This document shows, one piece after another, positions 18,541 through 29,242 of a DNA stretch of 64,000 nucleotides. Under the pieces are notes generated by a model. The model was given only the letters and a program-made list of their open reading frames with translations. It was not told where the DNA came from and ran no database searches. The stretch's first letter is position 1; every line of letters begins with the position of its first letter. A program made the position numbers and the translations under genes. The stretch comes from a virus (Duplodnaviria > Caudoviricetes), in the IMG/VR virus record IMGVR_UViG_3300030372_001977, positions 1-64,000 of that record; one strand, written 5' to 3'.

Positions 18541-19716
18541 TTATTCGTTTTTACTCACCTCTAACTGATGAGACTTGTATCGAGGGTCACCAATTCCCTC
18601 TAAAATACTGCTAACCGTCATATCAACAATCTCTTGATGACAGTGTTCTGGCAGTTCGCAGTCAATCCCCAAAGATAGTGAAATTTTTTGAGGTTTTCTT
18701 ATATATGTAATTTTTACCTTGTCTATTATAAATATATCACTAGTGTATAGATCAATATAGTCTCCTCGTATTGTAGTAAGGGGAGAAGTGTATTTTGTAG
18801 TATTAAAAGGGTCTTCTATAAGTTTAGAAATATCATCGTGCTGTACAAACTTATTTAAAGTAAATTCTCTTTCACTATCATTTAAAGTTCTATAGTCTAC
18901 TAACTGAGAATCATCGTATAATACGTCTGTTGTAGTATTTATAGGATCATCTACTCCTGTAGCTGTTGGCATTCTACCAATAGCTTTAGTTATTGTATTA
19001 ACTCCTGATACAGCATTTGTAACAGAAGCATCATAATTAACCCATGGATGTACGTTAGTATCTACTGTAACTATAAAATGCCCTGGAAAATTTAAATGCT
19101 CAAAAGTATTAAGATACCACTTAAAGCCTGCATTCCAATTATTAGGATCTAAAATATCATTTTGTAAAGCATTAATATCTGCAGGATATGTGTATGCTAA
19201 AGATATGTCTCCTAATGACAACATAGGGACATCACCAAGTAATGGATTAGTTACATCTGCAACCATCCTCATTCTTTTTACAAAAGTTGTACCTCCATCA
19301 TGCAGATTAGACATAGGTATTTTAAAATATGTAATATCACTTCCAGATTGTGTAATAGTAAAAGAAATTGGTGTACAAGTTTTATTACGTAGCACCTCTG
19401 ATCTTTGACTTACTAAATATAAATAATTAGGAGGAAGTTTAAAAGTATCTACCCAAGTTTTTTTACCATACTGCTCTTTGTACGTCACAGTATTAGAATA
19501 CTCAGTAACTAAAGTCCTTAAATCATCAACACGTTTCTGTGATTCTTCAAATCCTTTATTATACCTATTGTTTATTCCGTATTTTGTATTAATAAATCTA
19601 TCTTGAGATTTATTTAACTCTACATCTATTTCTTCTGAAAGCAGCATATCAGCTTGGAGTGAATTAATCTTATCCACTCCTTGCTGAACTGCTTGATGCA
19701 TATTTACTATGTTCAT
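18541..19716 (-). CDS. crAss-like tail ring (adaptor) protein
   Basis: EEIDVELNKSQ, FEESQKRVDDLRTLV, YIRKPQKI, CELPEHCHQEIVDMTV motifs characteristic of crAss ring proteins. Confidence 0.7.
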   Translation of the reverse strand: MNIVNMHQAVQQGVDKINSLQADMLLSEEIDVELNKSQDRFINTKYGINNRYNKGFEESQKRVDDLRTLVTEYSNTVTYKEQYGKKTWVDTFKLPPNYLYLVSQRSEVLRNKTCTPISFTITQSGSDITYFKIPMSNLHDGGTTFVKRMRMVADVTNPLLGDVPMLSLGDISLAYTYPADINALQNDILDPNNWNAGFKWYLNTFEHLNFPGHFIVTVDTNVHPWVNYDASVTNAVSGVNTITKAIGRMPTATGVDDPINTTTDVLYDDSQLVDYRTLNDSEREFTLNKFVQHDDISKLIEDPFNTTKYTSPLTTIRGDYIDLYTSDIFIIDKVKITYIRKPQKISLSLGIDCELPEHCHQEIVDMTVSSILEGIGDPRYKSHQLEVSKNE

Positions 19717-19717
19717 A

Positions 19718-20530
19718 TTATACTAAAGATAATTCTTTAAGTTTTGCTCTTAATATTGTTAATTTACTAGAGTTCTTTTTATCTTTTAAATGAATAATAG
19801 TATCTTCTAATGTATCTCCTAGAATTTCATCCATAAATACTACCTGGTTTCCAATTCTCCTAAGAACACCTGCTGATACCATTTCTTCAAGTTCTGATTT
19901 TAACTCTAAATTTTTATCTGTAGCTATAGTAAAGAATTTTTTAGGATTTTTATTCTTAAGTTCATATAAAGAATTTTCAACTTGCTCTGTAGTCAATCTA
20001 TCAGGATTTATGTTAGACATAAGTCTTAATATTCTCTTCATAGATTTTTCATTAGAAGATACTTTGATAAATTCTTTGTCAGCATCTTTTCTAACCTGAA
20101 TAGTATTATTTCTAACTTTATCATCTCTTGTAAGATCCTGAATATAAAATCTTTTACTTTGATCTCTATCCATTTCTTCTTTAGTTAATGCTACTTGTGG
20201 GTGTTTTAAAGCAAAATTATATTTAATGAAGTCCATTACTTGTATTGGCTCATCATTACTATCTAATCCTACTTCAAGTTCAATCCCAGTCCATCCTACG
20301 GGAATTGTTAGGTTTGTCCAAAATTCTTTTGTATGTTTAGGCCATTCTACATGGTCCGGAGACACATCTACTTGCTCTCTTAAATACTTTTTTTCTTCCT
20401 CACCTGTAAATCCTCTTAGTGGTTGCCTGTCAACATAAACACTGCTCAGTTTGTAAACTGCTTCAGCTCTTACTGCCTTCGGCAAATGATTTAACACTTC
20501 TTGTTGTCTTAATGTTACTTTTTTACTCAT
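19718..20530 (-). CDS. conserved crAss-like virion-module protein downstream of MCP
   Basis: PKHTKEFWTNLTIPV, PIQVMDFIKYNFALKHPQVA; synteny. Confidence 0.55.
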   Translation of the reverse strand: MSKKVTLRQQEVLNHLPKAVRAEAVYKLSSVYVDRQPLRGFTGEEEKKYLREQVDVSPDHVEWPKHTKEFWTNLTIPVGWTGIELEVGLDSNDEPIQVMDFIKYNFALKHPQVALTKEEMDRDQSKRFYIQDLTRDDKVRNNTIQVRKDADKEFIKVSSNEKSMKRILRLMSNINPDRLTTEQVENSLYELKNKNPKKFFTIATDKNLELKSELEEMVSAGVLRRIGNQVVFMDEILGDTLEDTIIHLKDKKNSSKLTILRAKLKELSLV

Positions 20531-20602
20531 AATATAGTTCTTTTAAAGTTTTAGTTAGTGGGTGTAAAGAATAACTCCCCGGATATATAATTAATTAAAG
20601 TA

Positions 20603-20622
20603 GTGGGGGATTGCTCCCCCAC
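20603..20622 (-). terminator. GC-rich hairpin after MCP (GCAA tetraloop), probable terminator/attenuator
   Basis: GTGGGGGA-GCAA-TCCCCCAC then ACTTTAATT on the minus strand. Confidence 0.65.
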
Positions 20623-20691
20623 AACCTTAATCAAAAACCAATATATAGACGCAAATTAATGCCAATGTTATACTACTACTGTTTTAACTTA

Positions 20692-22164
20692 TTAACAAGT
20701 TGAAGCAGAAGCAGTAGAAGCTACACATGTAATATCAATTGAAGTATCAAATCTCTTAAGAGCGATACCTGCAGTTTTTAACATATGTACGCTTGCACCG
20801 TCAACATCAGATGCTCTAGATGAAGTTGCATCAAATCCTCTAGGGACTACTGATCCAGCTACACACCATCTCATAGACTCACGACCTTTCTTAGAGATCA
20901 TTTGTAAGTTATTTTGACCATCATAATTTGATTGGTCAACAAATACCATTCTATAAGACTCTAACGAGTATCCAGTGTCTGGGTGTTTTGCACGAGCTTG
21001 AGCAACAGCACCATGGTCAAATAATGGTAATTTTACCACATTAACCATATGGCCATCAACATGCTCATACGAGTTAAAGTATCCAGTTAATCCTAATGAT
21101 CTACCAGATCCAGTTACAAATTTACTTTGGTCAATTACTTTCCAAGTGTTACCTGAGAAATGGTTTTTAAGTGCCTCATCAAATTCACGAGCACCTCCCG
21201 TACCAGTGTACAGAGTTACTTGTTTTTGAGTTGCATCAGTCATTCCGTAGAATAAGTCACCAATAATATTCTTAAGTTTACACTCAGTCATTGTAGAGTA
21301 AGTATCTTTGTTTACTATTTGTTGTAGAAGTCCAGGACCTATGATTACTGGCTGACCATTCTCATCCTTCATGTAAGTCAATCCATTTGCATCATAAGTT
21401 TTTTCTCCGTACCAGTAATAATTTTCACACTCTTCTTTAAAGTCAAGCATGTGTAAATACTCTTCGTAGTCCATCCAAAGTTTAGTAGTAGAACCTCCTT
21501 TAGTAGGTAAAGAAAACTCAGCTACATAATCTTTAGCATGCCCAGACATGTGGTAAGATTTTCTTACAGTTGTAAGTTTATTTCTTACTAATCCTGGAGC
21601 TTGCCAGTTTGAAGCGTTACCTCTAGAGAAGTCTGTTCCAACTGGTGCATATAATTGCCCCCATATAGCTCCCGGTAAACAGTCTGATGCTGCTACAACC
21701 GCTGCTGCATTTGGGTCTACGATTTGTACTGTATATTCCCAATCTGTACCTGAAGCTGCCATTTCTGGTTCTTTCATGATACGCACTTGAGTACCTGATT
21801 GAGATACTAAAACGTATGGGAAAATAAAATATTTGTCAGGAAAAGTCAATAAAAAAGTTGCTCCTCCAATACCTATTGCTGCCCCTGTTGGGCCTGCTGC
21901 TGATAACGGTCTCGTTCTCAATTTATGTGTTGCCACACGATACTCATATTCTAACCTGTCAATAGATTTTACATTACCAACACCTTCCGTTAAGAACGAT
22001 AGAGGGAATCGTTTATCATCTTTACCTGCTAAATGAGTTATGATTGGAGACAGTTCAGCTGGTTTTGATAGCATAGCATTTGCTAAGCTATTCATATCAG
22101 TCATTTGTGAATCATTGTAGAATGTTTTTACAACGCTGATATTCGATCCTGTTGTTACTGCCAT
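20692..22164 (-). CDS. major capsid protein (crAss-like)
   Basis: 490 aa; FPLSFLTEG, RNKLTTVRKSYHMSG, GPGLLQQI, LYTGTGGAREFD, SYEHVDGH motifs; between scaffold-like and tail genes. Confidence 0.9.
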   Translation of the reverse strand: MAVTTGSNISVVKTFYNDSQMTDMNSLANAMLSKPAELSPIITHLAGKDDKRFPLSFLTEGVGNVKSIDRLEYEYRVATHKLRTRPLSAAGPTGAAIGIGGATFLLTFPDKYFIFPYVLVSQSGTQVRIMKEPEMAASGTDWEYTVQIVDPNAAAVVAASDCLPGAIWGQLYAPVGTDFSRGNASNWQAPGLVRNKLTTVRKSYHMSGHAKDYVAEFSLPTKGGSTTKLWMDYEEYLHMLDFKEECENYYWYGEKTYDANGLTYMKDENGQPVIIGPGLLQQIVNKDTYSTMTECKLKNIIGDLFYGMTDATQKQVTLYTGTGGAREFDEALKNHFSGNTWKVIDQSKFVTGSGRSLGLTGYFNSYEHVDGHMVNVVKLPLFDHGAVAQARAKHPDTGYSLESYRMVFVDQSNYDGQNNLQMISKKGRESMRWCVAGSVVPRGFDATSSRASDVDGASVHMLKTAGIALKRFDTSIDITCVASTASASTC

Positions 22165-22211
22165 TTTAATTTATTTTTGTAGGGTACCTATTTCCCTGTT
22201 AAGGTATGCTT

Positions 22212-23288
22212 TTATAACGATAGATCTAAATTATCTAAATCTATATTTTTACTTTTTCTTGTTGCTCTACGAGCACTTTTAACTTTTTCTTCATTTTTAG
22301 AGATCTTGTCTCTTAATGATTTTGTAGCTTTAGTAGTTGCCTTTTTATTAATAATACTATTTAAGTCAAATCCTTTATACATTAAATAGTCAATAGCTAA
22401 TTTAACTTCCATATTAGCTTCTGCATGATCTACATCACGTTGAGTATAACCATTTTGGTTTACAGGCTTAGAAAGGTAGTCAAAGAATTTTGACTTTTCT
22501 TTTTCAGGGACTTGTAACCCAGCAAATTCTTTAGATTCTTGAATAGTTTCAGCAACATCACTCCAAAAATTTTCTTGTTGTTCTTGCTGTTTCTGCATTT
22601 CTTGTCTTTGCTTTGATAACAATTGTTCTTTTCTTTGTGCCTGTACTTTACCTAAAGCTTGTCTTGCTTGATCTGCTTTACCATGTAATTTACCTGCATC
22701 TTCATAATCTTCAAGCATTTCTTTTATAAAAGCTTTATCATGACCTTTTTGTGTAAAGTATTCTGATAAAATAGCTTTTTGATTACGAATATCATCTTGT
22801 GCAATCTCCATGTTATTAAAATCTAAATTAGGATCGTTAACTTTCATAAAGTTTTGTGATTCTCCTCCAGCTAAAACATATTCTAAATGTTGCTTAACTA
22901 ACGGAAAAGATTTTAAAACCTCATCAATCCTATCATCTGCCATTTTAGATGCTATTTCTTTAGTCATATCAGCCAATCCATCTGCAGTATCTTCATACTC
23001 TTCATCAGCTTCATATCCTAATTTTTCTAAAATTTCTGAAACAACTGTGTCAGAAACTTCTTCTTCAACATCTTCTTCCTCAACCTCTTCTTCAGGCTCT
23101 TCTACTTGTTCATCTTCTACCTTATCCTCAATTTCTTCTAATTCAGGGGTAGATTCTTCTTTTACTACTTCTTCTTTTTCAACCGGAGCTTCTACTTCAG
23201 CAGTAGCTTCCGGCACTTTCATGCCATCACCTGCGATTACATCATCAAAAGTAATGTCATCTAATTGTATTTTATCATTTGGGTCCAT
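22212..23288 (-). CDS. scaffold-like protein (acidic N-terminus, coiled coil)
   Basis: Glu/Asp-rich N-terminal region, Gln-rich coiled coil, directly upstream of MCP as in crAss-like phages. Confidence 0.6.
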   Translation of the reverse strand: MDPNDKIQLDDITFDDVIAGDGMKVPEATAEVEAPVEKEEVVKEESTPELEEIEDKVEDEQVEEPEEEVEEEDVEEEVSDTVVSEILEKLGYEADEEYEDTADGLADMTKEIASKMADDRIDEVLKSFPLVKQHLEYVLAGGESQNFMKVNDPNLDFNNMEIAQDDIRNQKAILSEYFTQKGHDKAFIKEMLEDYEDAGKLHGKADQARQALGKVQAQRKEQLLSKQRQEMQKQQEQQENFWSDVAETIQESKEFAGLQVPEKEKSKFFDYLSKPVNQNGYTQRDVDHAEANMEVKLAIDYLMYKGFDLNSIINKKATTKATKSLRDKISKNEEKVKSARRATRKSKNIDLDNLDLSL

Positions 23289-23308
23289 TATATATTGTTT
23301 TTAATTTA

Positions 23309-23316
23309 CAAATTTA
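23309..23316 (-). promoter_or_regulatory. Bacteroidota sigma70 -7 element (TAAATTTG) upstream of scaffold/MCP
   Basis: Matches TAnnTTTG, 20 nt before the ATG at 23288. Confidence 0.7.
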
Positions 23317-23383
23317 CTAATTATATTGATATTTTTTATAAATGTTTTATTTTTTGGTTTTCTATTATTATATAACACTTAGC

Positions 23384-24319
23384 TTATTTTTTAACAGCGT
23401 TTCTATAATCTTTCATATACTCTTCAACTGATTTATTTTTTCCTGGTGGTGTATACACCTTACCTTCTCTTCGAGCTGCAAAATATTTTCTAGCTCCTTC
23501 TCTCCCTATATAATTTGATAATGCTGCTAGTTCATTGTCAGTAAAATCAGTTGCTAAGTCTTTATAATCTTTCCTTAATTTTTTAATATTACTCTGTAGT
23601 CCTGGAACATCTTTAATCTCACCTCTCCAACGCATATCAAAAATTTGATTTTGTAAAGTAGTGTCTGATGCAAAAGAATCTCTACTTACACCTTCCATTA
23701 TAGGTAATTTTTTTATCTCTGAGTATAACTGCCCATAAAATCCAGTAGCACTAGTTTCAGGGTTTTTCATAAGAACTCCGTTACTACTCTCTACAAATCT
23801 TACTCCTTTTTTAAGTTCCCATGGCGCTCCTTTTTCTCTACGACCTTGTGGAAATTGTGGGGGCATGTATGGTGTAGGATTAATATCATCAGGATTAAAC
23901 CCACCTTTTTGATAAGCAGCTGGTGATTCTATTACTGTTCCTCTTGATGGACCAGTTGGTAAATCTTGTATTCCTGGAGGTACATTTTGATAGCTTTCTA
24001 CTAAATGACCTTGATCATCTATTTTATCTATATTAATAGGTGCTTTCATCCCAACTGTGTTAAAAGATTGGTTAGGTTGTACATTAGGGAAAGCCATACT
24101 AGCTTGAGTGTTCCCCATAGCATGTTGTTCTCGTAACCCTACCTCTTGTTCTTGCGGTGTATTAGCAACTTGCATTTGTTGTTGCTCTTGCTGCATTTGA
24201 TATTGCTCAATCAAATCTACTCCTTGATCTGCAGCCTGAAATACCTCAGTAATACCACCTGGGTATCCTGTAGCTCTAACTCTGTTTAGTAATTCCCTCC
24301 TAACTTCGTTTGTTGGCAT
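23384..24319 (-). CDS. Gln-rich protein with C-terminal lytic transglycosylase/lysozyme-like domain
   Basis: FVESSNG...NPETSATGFYGQ resembles the E-S and SA.G..Q motifs of SLT-type muramidases; ELAALSNYIG third motif. Confidence 0.55.
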   Translation of the reverse strand: MPTNEVRRELLNRVRATGYPGGITEVFQAADQGVDLIEQYQMQQEQQQMQVANTPQEQEVGLREQHAMGNTQASMAFPNVQPNQSFNTVGMKAPINIDKIDDQGHLVESYQNVPPGIQDLPTGPSRGTVIESPAAYQKGGFNPDDINPTPYMPPQFPQGRREKGAPWELKKGVRFVESSNGVLMKNPETSATGFYGQLYSEIKKLPIMEGVSRDSFASDTTLQNQIFDMRWRGEIKDVPGLQSNIKKLRKDYKDLATDFTDNELAALSNYIGREGARKYFAARREGKVYTPPGKNKSVEEYMKDYRNAVKK

Positions 24320-26606
24320 TCTTATCAGCTATTTCTTTTCTGTTTTTACTGTCCTCTCTTTTAACTTCGTGTAACTCTCTTGTAAGATTTTCTGTAGCTT
24401 GATTACCCCTAGATTTTTCATCTAATTCTTTTTGTCTTACTTCAAGCTCTCTTTCTTTTATCTCAAAATCTCTAACCATCTTCTCAAGATTTAAAGTATG
24501 TCCTTCAGTATCTTTTTTAGATTCTGCAGATATTAATGCAATCTCAATATCTTTCTGTCTGTCTTTTTCTCTTTCAAGATTTTCAGCTTCTTGTTGCATT
24601 TGTGCAGCTTGCATCTGCTGTTGTTGCATTTGTTGTTCTGCTTCACTTTGAGCTTGTTCTAATTGCTCTTGAACTCTATCAGCTTTCTTAAGATTCTTTT
24701 TAATTTCTATAAAACTTTCAGAATCTAACATCTGTGCTATATCCCCCATCTTAGCTCCACCTTGAACCATAGCTTGTGTCAATCCTTTAATGTTTTGTAA
24801 CTTCTCTTGATCTTTACCTGCATCAGAAACAAATATCCCATAATTAGATTCCATATGTTGCATACTATCTATATCTAAAAAGTCTTGTGTACCATCAGGC
24901 ATTACATACATTGATTTCTTGCCTGTTAACCATGCTTCTTTAGAATACTCAAGTAAAGCTTGGAAATCTCTTTGCTCCATTCTTTCAAACTTTCTAAATA
25001 AATCTTCTGTAATATGTGATGATTGTAATATAGCTTGTTGTGAAGATGCTTTACCTTCGTATGCACCAATTTCACCTTGTCTTTGTCTACTAACCCCAGA
25101 TATTTTTTCCCATTCAACTAATATAGATTCTAATAAAGAAATATACTGCCCAATAGTTTTTATAGACATGTCAAGTACTGATTGATGCTGTGGATTTAGC
25201 TGTATACCTTCTTTATTGTAGTCCACCCAAGCAATACCTGTACCCTCTACATAATACATAAACTTATCCATGTCCCATTTCTTAGGTATCATATTTATAT
25301 CAAACTGTGCAATAATATCTTTACTCCTAGCTATTGCAAGTTCTAATCTATACTTGTATATGTTGTAGTTTAACTGATAAGGTATACCAAGTTTTACTAA
25401 AGATATATTTTTTGCATTAGTATTAGAATATCTTCTCCCGTTAATAGGTAATTTACATTTAGAAGGGTTATCTAAAGATAATCTTTGGTTTACAATAGGG
25501 TTTATATTTATATAAAATCTCCCATCTATTCTTGTACCTTCCCAAACTTCATTAACCCATTTCCAAGTTAGTCTAGCCCCTTGTTCTTTCATTTCCATAG
25601 GTAATCTAAATCCATCTGCAACTTCTTGCTCTTCTACCGTTCCTGTTTCAGGGTCTAAGTAAGTTAAAAATCCTATTCTTTTTCTAGATTTCCAGTAAAC
25701 ATTAGTTACTTCAATTAATCTATTTCTAAAAGCATTTGCATCTTTACCTGTAGAGTTTGCATATAAAAATGAAACATCATTCTCTGAATGTTGCGGATCT
25801 TCAAGCTCTAATACCTGCTGTTCTGATAAACTTTCATAATATGCGTCAACTACAGTAGATGCGTGTACGTATTTTCTTACTAGAGCCCAATCACCATCTT
25901 CTACAAACTCTAAGTCTGGGTCAAGGTCATAGTCTACATCTAAAGGATTTAATATTTCATAAAATGGTTCTGAATTTCTAACTCCTCTGTGTGTATACAC
26001 TTCTCCAGATACTAAATAGTGAAACCAAGCTTTTTGTATTTTATCATACACTTCTTGATCTTGCATTATATAGTTCATAGCCTTTTGTCCTAGTATAGCT
26101 CTTTGATCTACATATGTTTCTTCAAACATTTCTGCAATATGTTGAGGTAATTCTATTTCTTGTTCAGGATCTACCCCCACATCTTGTCCTTGTCTTTGAA
26201 CTGCTTGTAAAAAATGTTGTTGTAAATTTTTAAATATTAATTCTTTTTTGCTTTCCTCCTTGATAGCAATACTATCAGAATTTTGTACTGTAACAGTGTA
26301 ATTGAGAGGCCTCTTAGATTTTTCCCCTAGAAGAAGATCAATTATGGGTTTGATTATAGGGTAATTACGCATTTCGGAAGGGAAGTTTTTACGGCTTTTA
26401 CCGTAAGGTTTTAATACATAATTGTAATCGCCTTCATCAATTACACCGTTATAGTAATCATATAAAATGTTAAGATCATCTTTCTTTTGAGAGTATCCTG
26501 CTCCTGAGTTAGAAAGATTAATAAATGCTTCTACACATTCTTCTCTCCATTTTTTATCTTTTTTAGTTATAGACAGTTTTTGTCTTGGTAATTTAGTGTA
26601 TCCCAT
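24300..26606 (-). CDS. portal protein (crAss-like)
   Basis: 768 aa; YPIIKPIIDLLLGE, LVKLGIPYQLNYNI, SGVSRQRQG motifs; C-terminal coiled coil; near terL. Confidence 0.9.
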   Translation of the reverse strand: MGYTKLPRQKLSITKKDKKWREECVEAFINLSNSGAGYSQKKDDLNILYDYYNGVIDEGDYNYVLKPYGKSRKNFPSEMRNYPIIKPIIDLLLGEKSKRPLNYTVTVQNSDSIAIKEESKKELIFKNLQQHFLQAVQRQGQDVGVDPEQEIELPQHIAEMFEETYVDQRAILGQKAMNYIMQDQEVYDKIQKAWFHYLVSGEVYTHRGVRNSEPFYEILNPLDVDYDLDPDLEFVEDGDWALVRKYVHASTVVDAYYESLSEQQVLELEDPQHSENDVSFLYANSTGKDANAFRNRLIEVTNVYWKSRKRIGFLTYLDPETGTVEEQEVADGFRLPMEMKEQGARLTWKWVNEVWEGTRIDGRFYININPIVNQRLSLDNPSKCKLPINGRRYSNTNAKNISLVKLGIPYQLNYNIYKYRLELAIARSKDIIAQFDINMIPKKWDMDKFMYYVEGTGIAWVDYNKEGIQLNPQHQSVLDMSIKTIGQYISLLESILVEWEKISGVSRQRQGEIGAYEGKASSQQAILQSSHITEDLFRKFERMEQRDFQALLEYSKEAWLTGKKSMYVMPDGTQDFLDIDSMQHMESNYGIFVSDAGKDQEKLQNIKGLTQAMVQGGAKMGDIAQMLDSESFIEIKKNLKKADRVQEQLEQAQSEAEQQMQQQQMQAAQMQQEAENLEREKDRQKDIEIALISAESKKDTEGHTLNLEKMVRDFEIKERELEVRQKELDEKSRGNQATENLTRELHEVKREDSKNRKEIADKNANKRS

Positions 26607-26612
26607 AATCTA

Positions 26613-26620
26613 CAAAAATA
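26613..26620 (-). promoter_or_regulatory. TAnnTTTG promoter element (TATTTTTG) upstream of portal
   Basis: 6 nt before the portal ATG. Confidence 0.65.
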
Positions 26621-26683
26621 ATAAATATTTGTTCTTAATATTAGCCCTAATTACATTTTTAATTAGACATTATAAATATATCA

Positions 26684-27019
26684 CTACAGATAGTTACATA
26701 TATCGTATAAACTATATTTAAGAGTTAATTCTTTACCTTCCTCTACTCTTTTTATAGTTTTTAACTTTTTATAATCTGTATTCTCATCATCCTCAACCAA
26801 TTCACAATTAGCATCTTCAGAATGATTTATAAATCCTCCTAATGGTGTTCTAATATAATCGTGTTGAAAATTTGGGTCATAAACATGACTTATACCTATA
26901 ACTACCTCTCCCGGAATATCTTCTTTCGCTATGATCCCTACTCCATGAATTTCTGACGGACCTATTGTTAAGTATTCTGGTAGAGGGTTATAAGGTTCTT
27001 TTTCTTTACATTTTTCCAT
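26684..27019 (-). CDS. SET-domain protein (putative lysine methyltransferase)
   Basis: SEIHGVGIIAKEDI, GGFINHSEDANC, GKELTLKY = SET motifs I, III (NHS) and IV (EL...Y); likely start MEKCK at 27019, just after the terL stop. Confidence 0.85.
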   Translation of the reverse strand: MEKCKEKEPYNPLPEYLTIGPSEIHGVGIIAKEDIPGEVVIGISHVYDPNFQHDYIRTPLGGFINHSEDANCELVEDDENTDYKKLKTIKRVEEGKELTLKYSLYDICNYL

Positions 27020-27020
27020 A

Positions 27021-28991
27021 TTAATAATAATTTTGATCAAACCATTTATCGGATGATCTGTCTTCTAGTATATCTTTAACTTCTGCATTATACAATTCTC
27101 TAGTGTGATACATTCCAATCATTAACGACATTACTCGGTCAAAGTTACCTTTGTGATTAAATTTTATCAACTCTAATAATAAAGCAGGATCGTATATTTT
27201 ATGCAAATTTAATAATTGTTTTCCATCTTCTTCTGTTCTCCTTACAGTATTTAGCCAATCTCTGATATATATCTCACCTTGCCTTTTCCTAGCTTCAGTC
27301 ATATGCATACCATATTGTCTTTTTACTGTTCTACTTCTAAGTTCTCTTTTATCTAACATCTCAAACTCTTCTTGTAACTTGTGTAACTTCCTAAATCTTT
27401 TTGCGTAAGCTATTACCTCACCACGATCATTTTCAAACCCTATTTTACACCCATAGTAATCTGCAAGTAAGAATAAATTTCTATTATAATCATCTTGAGT
27501 CTTAGGCCTACCTACATATGATGCTACAATAATATCGTCTGGTTGTGATAAATTATTAGGTCTTTTTAAAACATATGCAGAGCCTAAAGATGTAGAATCT
27601 GCAGATTGATTTTGACCATAAGGGTCATGACAAATAACATACATATTCATAGGTACTTGTCCTTTTTGATTTCTGTAAGGAGTTTCATATATAACTACCG
27701 CCCCTGTCTTATCATCATCTTTTCTATGTGGAAATTTTATAATTTGTTTTAAATCTCCATCTAAAGTAAATTTAACACCACCTTTTACATCTTGGTGTAG
27801 TCTACCAACTGTCCCCATAGACTGTAGACCTCTTGCCTTAACAATATTATACTGTTCTTGCAAAGTGGCTATGTCAAATAAATTAGAAGTAATTTGTAGT
27901 GTAGCTTCTTGAGGAGAAAAAGGGTGCTCAGCTATATATTGGTCTAATGATTTTGCATCTGCAGCACCTTTCTTCTTTTCCCTCATTTCTGTTTCATACT
28001 CTATTGCTTTTTGCTCTTCAGAGTTACCTTCATCGTCTATAAATCCATCTAAGTTTTTTTGTATAGGAATAAAATACCCACACTTAGTTCCTGTAGCTCC
28101 TTCGTCCCAAATATTTTCATATTCCATACAATCATATGCTGCAGGGTTATAAAATATCTCTTCCATAGCCTCAAAGTCTGATCCCTCAGTACCACCCGTA
28201 CCAAATGCTATCATCATCCCCAAAGTTTTACTACCTTGCCTCATTGTAGGCATTGTTACCTCCCATGCTTTTAATAATCCTGGGAAAGATCCTGCCTCTT
28301 CAAAAAATACTAGCTCCCCTGCTTTACCCCTTACTTTATCTGGGTTATCTTTTAAACTTACCCCTAGTATTTGTGACTTCATCCCCATTTCGATCTCTAA
28401 TCCATTAACCTTCTTTTTATATCCTGACATTTTATGCATTTCTCTATCCCTTAGTCTAGGTTGAGACCATGCAGTATGATCATCTATAAATGATAGAAAT
28501 TCCCACGCTTTAGATAATAGTCCATCACCAATTAAATATTCTTTTTGTCCAGCAAATACAAAGTTTTTAGAATTTTTTACAAAAAAGTAATTACGTGCAA
28601 GCATAGATCCAGCTTTATAAGAATATCCCTTACGTCTTGCTTTTAAAACAATCATATGTTTATTATCTGCCCTAGCTTTATCTATTTCTTGATAGTATTC
28701 CCAATCACCATCATAAAATCTAGGAAATGTACGCTCACGTCTAGCTTGTATACTACCATCAGGTAATTCTTCATCTACAGCTCTATCAATAGGACAATAG
28801 TTTAAATAAAAATAGTGAAATCCTGTAATGTGTAATTCATCTATAGTATATCCATATAAACAGCGATTTTTTTCTTCATCCCAAAAGTCATAATATTCTT
28901 TTGTACCTGGAAGTGCAGGTGTGTAATATCCATTATTTAAAAAAGATACTGCTGCTGGTCTAATTCTATCTATATTTTTAAATCTTGACAT
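27021..28991 (-). CDS. terL: terminase large subunit
   Basis: Walker A LKARRKGYSYK, Walker B FFEEAG, FGTGG, nuclease CHDPY and FDRVMSL. Confidence 0.95.
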   Translation of the reverse strand: MSRFKNIDRIRPAAVSFLNNGYYTPALPGTKEYYDFWDEEKNRCLYGYTIDELHITGFHYFYLNYCPIDRAVDEELPDGSIQARRERTFPRFYDGDWEYYQEIDKARADNKHMIVLKARRKGYSYKAGSMLARNYFFVKNSKNFVFAGQKEYLIGDGLLSKAWEFLSFIDDHTAWSQPRLRDREMHKMSGYKKKVNGLEIEMGMKSQILGVSLKDNPDKVRGKAGELVFFEEAGSFPGLLKAWEVTMPTMRQGSKTLGMMIAFGTGGTEGSDFEAMEEIFYNPAAYDCMEYENIWDEGATGTKCGYFIPIQKNLDGFIDDEGNSEEQKAIEYETEMREKKKGAADAKSLDQYIAEHPFSPQEATLQITSNLFDIATLQEQYNIVKARGLQSMGTVGRLHQDVKGGVKFTLDGDLKQIIKFPHRKDDDKTGAVVIYETPYRNQKGQVPMNMYVICHDPYGQNQSADSTSLGSAYVLKRPNNLSQPDDIIVASYVGRPKTQDDYNRNLFLLADYYGCKIGFENDRGEVIAYAKRFRKLHKLQEEFEMLDKRELRSRTVKRQYGMHMTEARKRQGEIYIRDWLNTVRRTEEDGKQLLNLHKIYDPALLLELIKFNHKGNFDRVMSLMIGMYHTRELYNAEVKDILEDRSSDKWFDQNYY

Positions 28992-29242
28992 TTCTCTTTT
29001 ATCTTAACTAATTCAGCACACTTTTCATACTCTTCTATACTTACAAAATACTCAACAACAATATCTATTATATCATCACTCCTACCATCCTCTGCTATAG
29101 GATCAAATGGTAGAGGAAAATCATTTATTGTGTCATCTTCTAAAGCATAGTAAATATCATCTAAAGTTTTCCTCTTAGTTATAAGATCGTAAGCGTTAAC
29201 CATTGCCCGATTATAAAGTTCTAAGTCTTCTAAAAATTCCAT
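28970..29242 (-). CDS. hypothetical acidic protein with UVR-like C-terminal motif
   Basis: YFVSIEEYEKCAELVKIKE. Confidence 0.55.
   Translation of the reverse strand: MEFLEDLELYNRAMVNAYDLITKRKTLDDIYYALEDDTINDFPLPFDPIAEDGRSDDIIDIVVEYFVSIEEYEKCAELVKIKEKCQDLKI

Noticed and set aside
20692-20720. Programmed frameshift or readthrough extension of the MCP C-terminus (...TASASTC)
   Set aside because: Double TAA stop, no slippery heptamer and no long downstream frame before the hairpin
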